Origin: a bacterium
Lineage (GTDB): Bacteria > RBG-13-61-14 > DATKZS01
Length of the DNA stretch: 64,000 nucleotides
NCBI GenBank assembly: GCA_963674965.2
Contig: CAXXFL010000003.1
Coordinates: 492,837-556,836, forward strand
Reading direction: 5' to 3'
Each line of letters begins with the position of its first letter. The first letter of the stretch is position 1. Shown piece by piece: positions 1 to 10,200 of the stretch. The position numbers were made by a program, and so were the translations under genes. The notes under the pieces are model-generated. The model was given only the letters and a program-made list of their open reading frames with translations, did not search any database and was not told the origin of the DNA.

Positions 1-1
1 C

Positions 2-1006
2 GGGAGCGAGGTTATAAACGCCCGCGATCCTCTCGACCCATCCGACGACGCGTTCATCGACGGCGACGGCGACGGCATGCCCGACGGATGGGAATTGACC
101 TTCGCCTGCGTGATGGTTGACGGGGTGGACGACGCGGTGGACGCGGACGGCGACGGGCTGGACAATTACGATGAGTACATTGTTACCACTGATCCTTGTC
201 ATTGGGACTCGGACGGCGACGGCTTGCCGGACGGTTTCGAGGTTGACAACTCGGTAGGGCACGGGGATACGGGGCTGGACCCGCTGTCGGCGGGCGACGG
301 GCTGGGGGCGGACTTTGACGGGGACGGGATCGAGAACGCGCACGAGTACTATAATGGGACTGATATATGGGAGATGGACGTGACGGGCGGGGCGTCATGT
401 TTTAGCTGGGGCGACGCGGGGAATACCGTGTCGGCCGACGGATTGGTGTCTCCTCTTGACATGACGGCGCTGAAGAACCGGATCATCGGCAACGACGCGT
501 CCTACTTGGGAGTGTTGCCCCCCAACGGCGACAGCCAGCGCATGATGGGCGACCCGGCGGGAGTCTCGCCCCTGGACCTCTCCGTGATACAGGCCATAAT
601 CAGCGGAAACGACACGGCCTCGAACCCCACCATCCCCACCGACCTGGTGGTGGACGGCGCCACTTCTCGAAGCGTGGCCGAGGGCGCGACCACGCGGGTG
701 ACCGTGAGCGTTATCAACTCCTCGGCCATCGGCTACTCGTCCTCCTTCGGCGTGGTCTTCGAGATCGACCCGAGATCGACCGGCGCGGCCACCCTCCTCG
801 GCGGCGAGGGCCCGAGCGGGACGGGACGCTATGACGTCTCCGGCGCCATGGACGCGGGCGGCCTCGCGTCCATCGTCGTCCGCGTCGATGCCCCCGGCAC
901 GATCTATATAAACGCGACTATCCCACCCTGCGGAGACCAGTCGGGCAAGGGTCGCTACTGTCCGGAAATCGAAAAAGCGCCGGCGGTGACCATAGTGGGT
1001 TATTAA
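2..1006 (+). CDS. C-terminal part of a secreted/surface Ca-binding protein (DxDGDG thrombospondin type 3-like repeats, dockerin-like duplicated motif, Ig-like C-terminus); 5'-truncated by the window edge
   Basis: Frame is open from position 2 (GSEVINARDPLDPSDDAFIDGDGDGMPDGWE). Repeated D-x-D-G-D-G-[LIM]-x-[DN] motifs. Paired DGLVSPLDMTALKNRIIG / PAGVSPLDLSVIQAIISG segments. Confidence 0.7.
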   Translation, partial: GSEVINARDPLDPSDDAFIDGDGDGMPDGWELTFACVMVDGVDDAVDADGDGLDNYDEYIVTTDPCHWDSDGDGLPDGFEVDNSVGHGDTGLDPLSAGDGLGADFDGDGIENAHEYYNGTDIWEMDVTGGASCFSWGDAGNTVSADGLVSPLDMTALKNRIIGNDASYLGVLPPNGDSQRMMGDPAGVSPLDLSVIQAIISGNDTASNPTIPTDLVVDGATSRSVAEGATTRVTVSVINSSAIGYSSSFGVVFEIDPRSTGAATLLGGEGPSGTGRYDVSGAMDAGGLASIVVRVDAPGTIYINATIPPCGDQSGKGRYCPEIEKAPAVTIVGY

Positions 1007-1050
1007 CGGGGCAAGGGGGAAATAGTACGTCCATTTGCTTTGTGGACATC

Positions 1051-1095
1051 CAGCCCGCGGCTTCGCCGCCCACGCAATATGCGTGGGGGACCCTG
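1051..1095. repeat. REP-like palindromic repeat, single arm (family also at 29114, 38623, 39701, 40921, 52483, 52744, 54220)
   Basis: CAGCCCGCGGCTTCGCCGCCCACGCAATATGCGTGGGGGACCCTG. The first 30 nt recur exactly at about 41060 and nearly so at about 52884. Confidence 0.8.
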
Positions 1096-1109
1096 CAATA
1101 AAACCATGG

Positions 1110-1135
1110 ATGGCGCGGATAGCTATCCGCGCCAT
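1110..1135. repeat. perfect 26-bp palindrome between convergent genes (REP-like or bidirectional terminator)
   Basis: ATGGCGCGGATAG|CTATCCGCGCCAT. Confidence 0.7.
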
Positions 1136-1174
1136 AACCCGCCTTCCTCGGGGAAAGCCGTCCGGCGATGAATT

Positions 1175-2404
1175 CTACTCGTAGACTTTTTCCGACTCGA
1201 GGTGGGCGTTGAGCGCGTCGGCCTCCATGTCCCTTTTGTCCTTCATGAGCTCGCCCAGTTCCTGGTAGTACTCGTGCTGGATGAGGAGGCTCATGATCTC
1301 CGAGGTCCCGGTCCATATGAAGCTGAGCCTGATGTCCCGAAGCGCCCGCTCGATGGGATACACGTCGGTGTAGCCGATGCCGCCCATCATCTGCATGGCG
1401 TTGTTCACGACCTCCCAGGCCGTCTCGGTGCAGAACTTCTTGGCCTCGCTGACCATCCGGCGGTGGGGCTTGCCCTGGTCCACCGTCCTGGCCGCGGCGA
1501 AGGCTATGCCCCTGGCCGCGTCGAGCTTGGTGATCGAGTCGGCGAGCATGAAGCTCACGGCCTGGAACTTGCGGATGGGCTTGCCGAAGGCCTTGCGCTT
1601 CATGGTGTAATTGGCGGCCACGTCCAGTGCGGCCTGGGCCCCGCCGATGGCCCCGCCGGCCGAGGTCATGCGCTCGGGGATCATCATCTGGTTGAACACC
1701 AGCGCCCCGCCGTTCTCGGGACCGACCATGTTCTCGCCCGGCACCCGAATCTCGTGGAAGCCTATCCGGCCAGTGCCGCCGCCGCGCGTTCCCATCAGCC
1801 CGAATATATGCTCGACCTCGACGCCCCGTTCCCTCTCGACGATGAAAACCGAGAGGGACGCGTGGGGCGGGGCCTCGGGGGCCGTCTTGGCGTAGACCAG
1901 GAAAAAGTCCGCGCCCTCGGCGCCCACGATAAAGCGCTTGGCCCCCGTCAGTATCCAGTCGTTTCCGTCCTTCTTGGCCACGGTGGTGGCGCCGAAGAAG
2001 TCCGACCCGCCGCGGGGCTCGGTCAGGGCCTCAGCCGACACCATCTCGCCCTTCAGCATGGGCACGAGGAACTTTTGCTTTTGTTCCTCCGTCCCGAAGT
2101 TGGTAAGGGCCTCGCCCACGATCGAGGGCATCGAGTACTGGCAGCCCAGGACCATGCCGAGGGGACCGATCTCCTGGAGAGCCGCCATCTCGGCGGTCCA
2201 GCCCATGCCCTTGCCCCCGTATTCCTTTGGAAAGCGAAGGCCGTAAAGCCCGGCGTCGGCCACCTTCTTATGGAAGCCGTAAGGAAAGACGACCTTCTCC
2301 TGGTCCATGTCCTTCAAAAGCTGAGGGTCGATCTCGTCCTTGACGAACTTTCTCGCCCTGTCCCTGACCTCCCTCTCCTCCGCCGTCAATAATACGTCCA
2401 ACAT
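1175..2404 (-). CDS. acyl-CoA dehydrogenase family protein
   Basis: ALTEPRGGSD, GAKRFI, RKAFGKPI, MQMMGGIGY and WTGTSEI motifs; 409 aa. Confidence 0.93.
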   Translation of the reverse strand: MLDVLLTAEEREVRDRARKFVKDEIDPQLLKDMDQEKVVFPYGFHKKVADAGLYGLRFPKEYGGKGMGWTAEMAALQEIGPLGMVLGCQYSMPSIVGEALTNFGTEEQKQKFLVPMLKGEMVSAEALTEPRGGSDFFGATTVAKKDGNDWILTGAKRFIVGAEGADFFLVYAKTAPEAPPHASLSVFIVERERGVEVEHIFGLMGTRGGGTGRIGFHEIRVPGENMVGPENGGALVFNQMMIPERMTSAGGAIGGAQAALDVAANYTMKRKAFGKPIRKFQAVSFMLADSITKLDAARGIAFAAARTVDQGKPHRRMVSEAKKFCTETAWEVVNNAMQMMGGIGYTDVYPIERALRDIRLSFIWTGTSEIMSLLIQHEYYQELGELMKDKRDMEADALNAHLESEKVYE

Positions 2405-2417
2405 CAGTCATTCCTCC

Positions 2418-3254
2418 CTATTTTTTTTCAGAGCCGATTTCCATGGCCCTTCTTCTCAGGGCCTCGAGTTCATCCTCGGCGAGCGAGAACTTGCCCAGCT
2501 CGCCCTCGCTCCTGTCCTTGCCGTGCCAGTCGGACCCGCCCGAGACTAAAAGCCCCCTCGAGTCCGCGAACCATCTCAGCCAGGACCGCATGTCCTCATC
2601 CAGCTTGGGATGCACCACCTCGACCGCGTCCAGGCCCATGCGCGCCACGCCCTCCACGTGCTCGCGCTGCGGCCCTCCCACCAGGGGGTGGGCCAGCGCC
2701 GCCAGGCCGCCGGCCGAGTGGATCACCTCGATGGCCTCGGCGGGATCGAACTTGAGGCGGGGAACGTAGGCGGGCCCGTCCTTGCCGATGTACTTCTGGA
2801 AGGCCTCCTTGTAGGTCTTCACCACCCCCGCCTCGATCAGGGCCTTGGCCACGTGCGGACGGCCCACGCCGCCCTTGCCCTTGGCCGCCAGGACGTCTTC
2901 CATGGAAATCCCGAGCCCCAGGGCCTTAAGCTTCTCGACCATCCTCTCGCCCCTTTTATGCCTCTCCTCCATCACCCGCTCCGTGACCCTATCAAGGGCG
3001 GGATGGTCAGGATCGATCCACAGCCCGACCAGGTGGACCTCGACCGACTTGAAGCGGCTCGATATCTCGACGCCGGGCACTATATCGAGGCCCAGCCTCT
3101 CGCCCTCGATCACGGCTTCTTTCACCCCCGCGGCGGTCTCGTGGTCGGTAATCGCCAGGATCGTGACTCCCGCGTCCCGAGCGGCCTGGACCAGTTCCGC
3201 GGGCGACTGTTTCCCGTCCGAGTAGTGGGTGTGGGAATGAAGGTCGCTGATCAT
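2418..3254 (-). CDS. PHP-domain phosphoesterase (TrpH/YciV-like)
   Basis: DLHSHTHYSDG, AITDH, GVEIS, GRPH, LAHP and GGSDWHG motifs. Confidence 0.92.
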   Translation of the reverse strand: MISDLHSHTHYSDGKQSPAELVQAARDAGVTILAITDHETAAGVKEAVIEGERLGLDIVPGVEISSRFKSVEVHLVGLWIDPDHPALDRVTERVMEERHKRGERMVEKLKALGLGISMEDVLAAKGKGGVGRPHVAKALIEAGVVKTYKEAFQKYIGKDGPAYVPRLKFDPAEAIEVIHSAGGLAALAHPLVGGPQREHVEGVARMGLDAVEVVHPKLDEDMRSWLRWFADSRGLLVSGGSDWHGKDRSEGELGKFSLAEDELEALRRRAMEIGSEKK

Positions 3255-3263
3255 GGGCCCGGC

Positions 3264-4349
3264 CTAGCCCGCCACCTCGAGCATTCTTCGAAGGGCCAGG
3301 GCCGCGTTCTCCTTTACCTCGTCCGTCACCGTCACCCGGTTGACCCGGTTGTCAGGACCCGCCGCCAGGGAGTCCATTACCCAGGCCATGTTCCTCAGGT
3401 TGATCTTGTACATGTTCGGGCACATCGAGCGGGCGAGGGGCACGACCTTCTTGTCGCCCTCGTAAAGCCTCGTCAGGCGGTCCACCAGGTGGACCTCCGT
3501 GCCCACCACCGCCGTGGAGCCGGAGGGAAGGCCGGCCACGTAGTTTATTATGCCCTCGGTGCTGCCCGAGGCGTCGGCCGCGTCAACCACCGGTTTGGGG
3601 CACTCGGGATGCACGATGACCTTGCAGCCGGGAAGCTCGTTCCTCTTCTTCCCGATCATCTCGGCGGTGAAATTGGTATGGACGTGGCAATATCCCTTCC
3701 AGACGATGACCGACGCCTCCCGGACCTTCTCGGCCGCGAGACCGCCGCCGGGCAGGGCCGGGTCCCACACGGCCGCCGGGCCCAGGCCCAGCTTGCTCGC
3801 CGAGTTGGTCCCCAAATGCTCGTCGGGCATGAAGAAGATTTTGCTCTTTTCCTTCAAGGCCCAGGAAAAGATCTTCTCCGCGTTCGAGCTGGTACAGGTC
3901 GCGCCGCCCCTGGCCCCGCAAAAGGCCTTAACCGCTCCCGTCGAGTTGACGTAGGTTATGGGCGCCACCTCATTGACCTCGACCGTCTCGGCCAGTTCCT
4001 TCCACGCTCTCTCGACCTCGGCGATGGGCGCCATGTCGGCCATGGGACAGCCGGCCTCGAGCGCCGGCGAGAAGACCGCCTGGTCCAGCCGCGCCAGGAT
4101 GGCCGCGCTCTCCGCCATGAAATGGACCCCGCAGAAGACGATGTACCGCGCCGTCTCGTCCTCGGCCGCGTCCTTGGACAGCTTGAAGGAGTCGCCGCTC
4201 TTGTCGCCCAGATCGACTATCTCCTGTCTCTGGTAGTGGTGGGTCAGGACCAAAAGGTCCCGGCCCAGGTCGGCCTTGATCCTTTTAATCCGGGAGGCCA
4301 GTTCCTCTTCCGGTTCTTCCAGGTATTTGTCGGGCATTACTTCCTTCAT
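3264..4349 (-). CDS. nadA: quinolinate synthase
   Basis: HHYQ, GDSFKLS, VFCGVHFMAE, AGCPMADM, YVNS, CTSSNA, CHVH, HPEC and CPNM motifs. ATG at 4349 preferred over TTG at 4397. Confidence 0.95.
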   Translation of the reverse strand: MKEVMPDKYLEEPEEELASRIKRIKADLGRDLLVLTHHYQRQEIVDLGDKSGDSFKLSKDAAEDETARYIVFCGVHFMAESAAILARLDQAVFSPALEAGCPMADMAPIAEVERAWKELAETVEVNEVAPITYVNSTGAVKAFCGARGGATCTSSNAEKIFSWALKEKSKIFFMPDEHLGTNSASKLGLGPAAVWDPALPGGGLAAEKVREASVIVWKGYCHVHTNFTAEMIGKKRNELPGCKVIVHPECPKPVVDAADASGSTEGIINYVAGLPSGSTAVVGTEVHLVDRLTRLYEGDKKVVPLARSMCPNMYKINLRNMAWVMDSLAAGPDNRVNRVTVTDEVKENAALALRRMLEVAG

Positions 4350-4541
4350 GATACAACTCCAATCGGGTGGGAACGGAATTTTTTGGGGATGGAACAAAGC
4401 GGCGAAGTCCGCCGCCTCGCGCCAGGATTGAAACCGCTCCTGACCTATTTATAACACAAGCGGGGGACCGGATAAATCGGCCCGCCTTTGCTCGCCCCCC
4501 GCTCCTTTAATCCTTGGCCTCGCGTGTTATATAATGGGCGC

Positions 4542-5477
4542 ATGAATTCGGGAGAAGCGATCAGCCCGCTCGAGCGGCTCAGGTGTCTCATCGCTGGGCT
4601 GGAGGGGACCAGTCCGGAGTTCTGGACCAAGGTCGCGGCCACGGTCCTGGTCGTCCTTTCCCTGGCCCTCGTTCATCGTCTGATCGTGCATCTGGTCTTT
4701 AAGAGGACCGAGAACGTAAGGGCCCGCTATCGGTGGCAGAAGTCCTCGGGCTACATCATCGTCGTGGCCGGGCTGGCGCTGGCCGGGGCCGTCTGGTTCG
4801 CCGAGCTTAGGGCCATCGGCACTTTCCTGGGCCTGGTCTCGGCGGGCATGGCCATCGCCCTCCGCGACCTGGTGGCCAACTTCGCGGGCTGGACCTTCAT
4901 CCTCTGGCGCCGGCCCTTCGAGCTGGGAGACAGGGTCGAGATAGCCGGCGTCTCGGGAGACGTTATCGACATCAGGCTTTTCGAGTTTACCCTGATGGAG
5001 ATCGGCAACTGGGTGGCGGCCGACCAGAGCACGGGCCGGGTGTACCATATTCCGAACGGGAAGGTGCTGGGGGAGCCGCTGGCCAATTACACCAAGGGCT
5101 TCAGGTTCCTGTGGAACGAGCTTAAGGTGAGGGTCACCTTCGAGAGCGACTGGGAGAGGGCCAAGGTCCTGCTCCAGGAGATCGCGGAGAAGCACGCTCA
5201 CGGGATGACGGACGAGGCGGAAAAGATCATCAAGGAAAGCGCCAGACAATACCTTATCATCTACAGCAAGCTCACGCCCATCGTTTACACCAGGGTCACG
5301 GACTGGGGCGTTCTTTTGACCGTGAGATACCTTTGCCTTCCCCGCCGGCGGCGCGACACGGAGCAGGCGATCTGGGAGGACGCGCTCCGCGCCTTCAAGG
5401 CGGCCGAGAACATCGAGTTCGCTTATCCCACGGGAAGAATAGTGAGCCAGGGGGCCGAGCTTTGCGGCGAGGAATGA
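4542..5477 (+). CDS. mscS: small-conductance mechanosensitive channel, MscS family
   Basis: Three TM segments, then ALRDLVANF, PFELGDRV..GDV.DI and IPNG. ATG at 4542 lies 6 nt after TATAAT. Confidence 0.88.
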   Translation: MNSGEAISPLERLRCLIAGLEGTSPEFWTKVAATVLVVLSLALVHRLIVHLVFKRTENVRARYRWQKSSGYIIVVAGLALAGAVWFAELRAIGTFLGLVSAGMAIALRDLVANFAGWTFILWRRPFELGDRVEIAGVSGDVIDIRLFEFTLMEIGNWVAADQSTGRVYHIPNGKVLGEPLANYTKGFRFLWNELKVRVTFESDWERAKVLLQEIAEKHAHGMTDEAEKIIKESARQYLIIYSKLTPIVYTRVTDWGVLLTVRYLCLPRRRRDTEQAIWEDALRAFKAAENIEFAYPTGRIVSQGAELCGEE

Positions 5478-5522
5478 CGAGTCGGGAACTGCCCGGGCCG
5501 ACGGGCGTGCAGAGGCGCTCCA

Positions 5523-7265
5523 TTGGCTGACCGGAAAGCCGGCCTTCCCTGGGACGCCCGGCCCGGGGCCTGGACGGCCGGGGCGCTGGCGCTGGCCCTG
5601 GTTTTGGGGACCGCGGCCCACGTCCTTTCCTGGGCCATGCTCGACCCGGCCTTCCACGAGGACTTCATCCGCTACTTCTACATGGCCGAGAGTTTCCTCG
5701 ATCTCGACTGGGACCACGCCCTCCAGTACCATTACCCGCCGCTGTTCTCGATCTACCTGGCCGCCTTCGCGCTCTTCGCGGAAAACTCCGACCAGGCCGA
5801 GACGGCCGGGCGGCTGGCCTGCCTGGTCCTGGCCCTTCTCGCCGCCTTCCCCGTGTATTTTTTGTCCCTCAAGGTCTACAATCGGACCGTCGCGATCATG
5901 GCGGCCGTCATGGTCACGATAAAATTTTCCCAGCCCTTTTACTCGCCCCTCCAGTGCGACGCCGAGGCGCTCCTTATCCTGCTCGTCTACGCGGCCCTCA
6001 TCGTCGGGCTTTACGCCCTCGAGCGCGAGAGCCCGCTCCTTTCAGCGGCCGCGGGGGCCCTTTTCGGCCTGGCCACCCTGGCCAAGATGGAGGGGCAGGC
6101 CTTTTCTTTTTTCTGGTTTTTTCTGCTGCTGGTCCACCTTGTCTGGAAGAAGGTCGCCTGGAGGAAGTCCCTGGCCATGGCGGCCGTCTGGTGGGTCTTT
6201 TACGTCGGAGTGCAGACGCCCTACTTGGGGGCTTATTACCGGGACACGGGAGTGGTGAGCCTCAATCCCAAGATAGGCATACTCTATTTCAGCCATAACG
6301 CCAGGGACTGGTACAAGGACGCTTACGGCCTGAGAAAGGACGACAAGGGTCTTTATACCAATTTCCAGAGGGTGGTAGCGGAGGGTGACCACAACCCGGC
6401 CCGGGTGAGCGCCGGCGGGTACTTCCTCGACAATATTGGCAACATGATCCGGATGTACGTCTCGCGGGTGGGGGAGACTTTTAAAGACGTCGTGCCCGAG
6501 TACCTGAAGGCGCTCATGCCGGCGGGGGCCTTACTGGGAGGTCTCGTGGCGCTGGCCGGCTTTTTCAGGCGGGACTGGACGAGGGACCAGGCCCGACGCG
6601 AGGCCTACCTTGTCAGCTTTGGTCTCATGACCCTTTTCAGCGTTCCTCTTTTCAATCCCTGGTCGCGCTACTTCGCCCCCATGATACCCATCTGGGTCAT
6701 GCTTTTCGCCCGGGGCCTCGAGCGGCTCTCCCTCTTGGGCGGGGTCATTCTCGATAAAAAGCTCTCGCCCACTTCCGCGGGGAGGGCGCGGCTGGCCCTT
6801 GTGGCCGGGCTTTTGTTTCTATCCGTCCTGCCCGATTTCATTTTGCCCTTTAAGATGGAGCCCGACCGGAGGTACCGGGAGATCGCGGAGGACAGGAAGG
6901 TAGTGGCCCGCTGGCTGGGCCGCCATCTTACGCCCGGAAAAAAGATCATGAGCCGGTGGTCGGTGGCCCCCTTTTGGTACTTGATAGGCGGCCACCCGGA
7001 GATGGACGTGTTCGTTCCGGCCAACGACCTGGCCGGCGTGGTGGCCTACGCCCGGCAGGAGGACGTCCAGTTCCTGATAATCGAGGGCGGGGATTTCCTG
7101 GCCCGGAACCCGGACCTGGTCCCTCTTTTCAGCTCGAGCTTCAAAAGCCCGGACCTGGTCATGGCGGACGTAATAAAGGGACCCAACAAAAAGGACTACG
7201 TCATTTACCTGGTGCGTCCCGGCCCCTACGAGGACTACGAGCCTCCTCCCCTGACGCCTTTTTAG
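5523..7265 (+). CDS. GT-C-fold (ArnT/PMT-like, family 39-like) membrane glycosyltransferase
   Basis: Acidic first loop (HEDFIRYF), HYPPLF, many TM helices, GLATLAKMEG, RYFAP and a soluble C-terminal domain. Start codon uncertain (TTG). Confidence 0.75.
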   Translation: MADRKAGLPWDARPGAWTAGALALALVLGTAAHVLSWAMLDPAFHEDFIRYFYMAESFLDLDWDHALQYHYPPLFSIYLAAFALFAENSDQAETAGRLACLVLALLAAFPVYFLSLKVYNRTVAIMAAVMVTIKFSQPFYSPLQCDAEALLILLVYAALIVGLYALERESPLLSAAAGALFGLATLAKMEGQAFSFFWFFLLLVHLVWKKVAWRKSLAMAAVWWVFYVGVQTPYLGAYYRDTGVVSLNPKIGILYFSHNARDWYKDAYGLRKDDKGLYTNFQRVVAEGDHNPARVSAGGYFLDNIGNMIRMYVSRVGETFKDVVPEYLKALMPAGALLGGLVALAGFFRRDWTRDQARREAYLVSFGLMTLFSVPLFNPWSRYFAPMIPIWVMLFARGLERLSLLGGVILDKKLSPTSAGRARLALVAGLLFLSVLPDFILPFKMEPDRRYREIAEDRKVVARWLGRHLTPGKKIMSRWSVAPFWYLIGGHPEMDVFVPANDLAGVVAYARQEDVQFLIIEGGDFLARNPDLVPLFSSSFKSPDLVMADVIKGPNKKDYVIYLVRPGPYEDYEPPPLTPF

Positions 7266-7271
7266 CTTCCC

Positions 7272-10200
7272 TTAGGCGTCCTCCTCGTCCACGGAGCACT
7301 CGTAAACCTGGGCCGTGGTCGACTGGAGACGGTCGGAAAGCACCTGGGTAATGTTGTAGAAGACCTGGGTGGATATCCGGGGATAACGCCTCTGCAGGCG
7401 GTGGAGCGTCTGCTCGTCCAAAACGAAAAGCTTGACCCTGCCCTCGGCCCGGGCCGAGGCCGAGCGAGTGGTGTGGCGCAATAGGGCCATCTCGCCAAAG
7501 GCGTCGCCCGGCTGGATGGTGAAAAGGGTCACCTCGTTCTCGCCCTCGCCCTTGACGATCTTGACGTAGCCCTTGAGCACGATGAACATCTCATTACCCA
7601 TCTCGCCCTCGCGTATGATGAGATCCCCGTCCTCGTACTGGTCCGTGTGTCCCATCAGCACGGCGACCTTGGCCTGGTGGTTGGACAGGCCGTGGAAGAT
7701 TTTGATGTAATGGGCGGGGTTGTCGCCGATCTCGAGGTCCAGAAGGTCCCACAGCGTTATAATGGGAACGCTTATCATCAAGGTGGGCAGGATGACCAGG
7801 TTCGAGGAAAGGGCGATGAGCATCATGACCGCCGTGAGAATTCCGAACTGGCGGATGGGCACGAAGTCCGAGGCCAGGAGAATGATAAAGCCGAAGAAGA
7901 GGGCCACCGAGGTGAAGATCATGGGCTTGCCCATTTGCTTTAAGGAGTTGATCATGGCCTCGGTCTGGTCCCGCGTCTTTTGCAGCTCCATGTTGTAGCG
8001 GTTGACGTACTGGATGGTGTCGTCCACCCCGATGCCCAGGGCGATGGCCGCGATCAGGCTGGTCGAGAAGTTGAGGGTAATCCCCGAGTATCCCATGATC
8101 CCGAAGAGCATGAAGATGGGAAAGAGGTTGGGCAGCATGGCCATAAGACCGATTTTGGGCGAGAGGAAAAGAAGGCTCATGATGACGAAGATGGCGATCA
8201 GGGCCGTGCCCAGGCCGCTGATCTGTCCCCTTGAGACGGCGTCGGCGCTCCTGTTCATGAGGTGGATGGTGCCGGTCACGTGAACGGTAACGTGAGGCCA
8301 GGGGAACTCATCCTCGCTGGGGGCGGGAAGGCCCAAGAGATCGCCATCTTCCCCGGCCCCGACCGAGGCCGTGCCCCCCGCCGCCGGAGTCGAGTCCGGC
8401 CCGGCCGCGTCCTCGTCCTTTTTCTCGTCCTTGCCGTCGCCCCAGTCCACGGCTTCCTCGGGGCCCGAGTCCTCGTCCCCCCAGGCGACCTCGTCCTCCT
8501 CCGGCGCCTTGGAGTCTCCGTCCCAGTTCACCACGTCCTCGTCCGCGTCGTCCCAGGCGACCAGCTCCTCGCCCTCGGCCGCCCGCACCGGGGCGGGGGA
8601 CTGACTCTTGACCGGCGTCGAGCGAATGGTCCTTTTCGGCTGGGCGAAAATCTCCTTGGCCTTTTGCTCGATCCTGGAGATGGCCTTGTTGGTCTCGGTG
8701 CTGCCCACCAGCCGGCTCCGGATCAAAACGTTCGCCGCCGAGTAATCGGTGGTTATGTAGGGCGCGAAGTCCTGGGGCGAGCCCGAGGTCGAGTAGAGGA
8801 ACAGTATCTGGCTGACCTCGAGGGGCGTGTCCGGAATGGCGTAATAGGCGGGGTCGTTCTGATGGAAGGCCTGGGAAAGGAGCTTGACGTAGTCGGCCAT
8901 GCTCAAGGTCGCGTCTATTCCCTCGACCTCGGTCTCGGCCCATTTCTGCAGTTCCTCGATCCTCTTGAGCATGGCCGGGTGCTTGAAGACCTCGGCCCGG
9001 TCCGCCTCGAGCACGATGTTGAATGGCGCGGCCCCCGCCAGGTGGTCCGCCTGGGCGTACACCGACACCATGACGGGGTCGTCCTTGGCGAAAAAGGACA
9101 GGAAGTCCGTGTCGATCTTAACGCTGTATATCCCGTACAGGGACAAAAGGACCAGGACGGTCACCCCGGCGAAGACCCCGGTTTTATGACGCACGTTGAA
9201 CTGGGCCAGGCGGTCCAGTATTATCTCGATGGTCTTAGAGCCCGGACCCTCCCCCATCTTGGCCGCCTTCCTGGGCTTCTTCATCAGCATGAGGGAGCTG
9301 GGGATCACGAACAGGGCCACGATGACCGAGAATATTATTCCCACCGTCGCGGCGAAGCCCAGGTCCTGGATGGCCGGTATCCTGTTGAGGATCAGGGAGG
9401 CGAAGCCGACCATGGTGGTGAAGCCGCAGACCACCACCGGCAGGGCTATGTTCTTCAGGCTGGCCCTCACTATCTCGGGCACGGAAAGCTCCTCCTCCAC
9501 CTCCGCGTTGTAGTCGCTCATCATGTGGATCGAGTAGGAACTGGAAAGCGCCAGCATCAGCGGCGGCAATATGATGGAAACCAGAGTGATGGGAATATTG
9601 GCCGCCTCCATGAAGCCCACCGCCCAAAGGGTGGTCATGACGATGGCCACAAGGGGAAGAAGAACGCCCCGGACCTGCCGGTAGCTTATGACCAGGGTGG
9701 TCACGATAAGAAGGAAGGTCATGGGAAGAAGCTTCTTGAGGTCCTTGACCATCCGCTTCTCGATCTCGACCCGCGTCTCCGGCACCCCCGCCAGATGAAG
9801 GCCGTCCCCCCTCGGGACCTCGAGCTTCTCCTTGGCCACCACCGACTTGATGGCCGTCATGACCTCCTTGTAGCGCCACCTCTGGCCCGTGAAGTCCTCG
9901 ATAAAGATAAGGACCGCCGCGGCCCTCTCGTCACCGGAAACGAGGTTGCCAAGGTAAAGGGGGTTCCGTTTGATCTCCGACTTCAACTCGGACCACTCCG
10001 AGTCCGAGCGGGGAATACGAGGGATGAGGCGCTTGACCTCGATCGACTTCTGGTATTTGCCCGTCACCGGGTCTCGAGGAGCACGGATGGAGGGAACGTT
10101 GGTCAGGCTCACCGTCGAGACCACGCCGTCGACCCTGGCCACGTCCCGCGTCAGGGAATCGATTATCTCGAGCCTCTTCTCCGTGAAGACCGACTCGCCC

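Noticed and set aside
5474-5530. Short ORF ending in TGA after mscS as another Sec readthrough candidate
   Set aside because: No Cys-type motif context, and the downstream frame is the off-frame of the GT-C gene.
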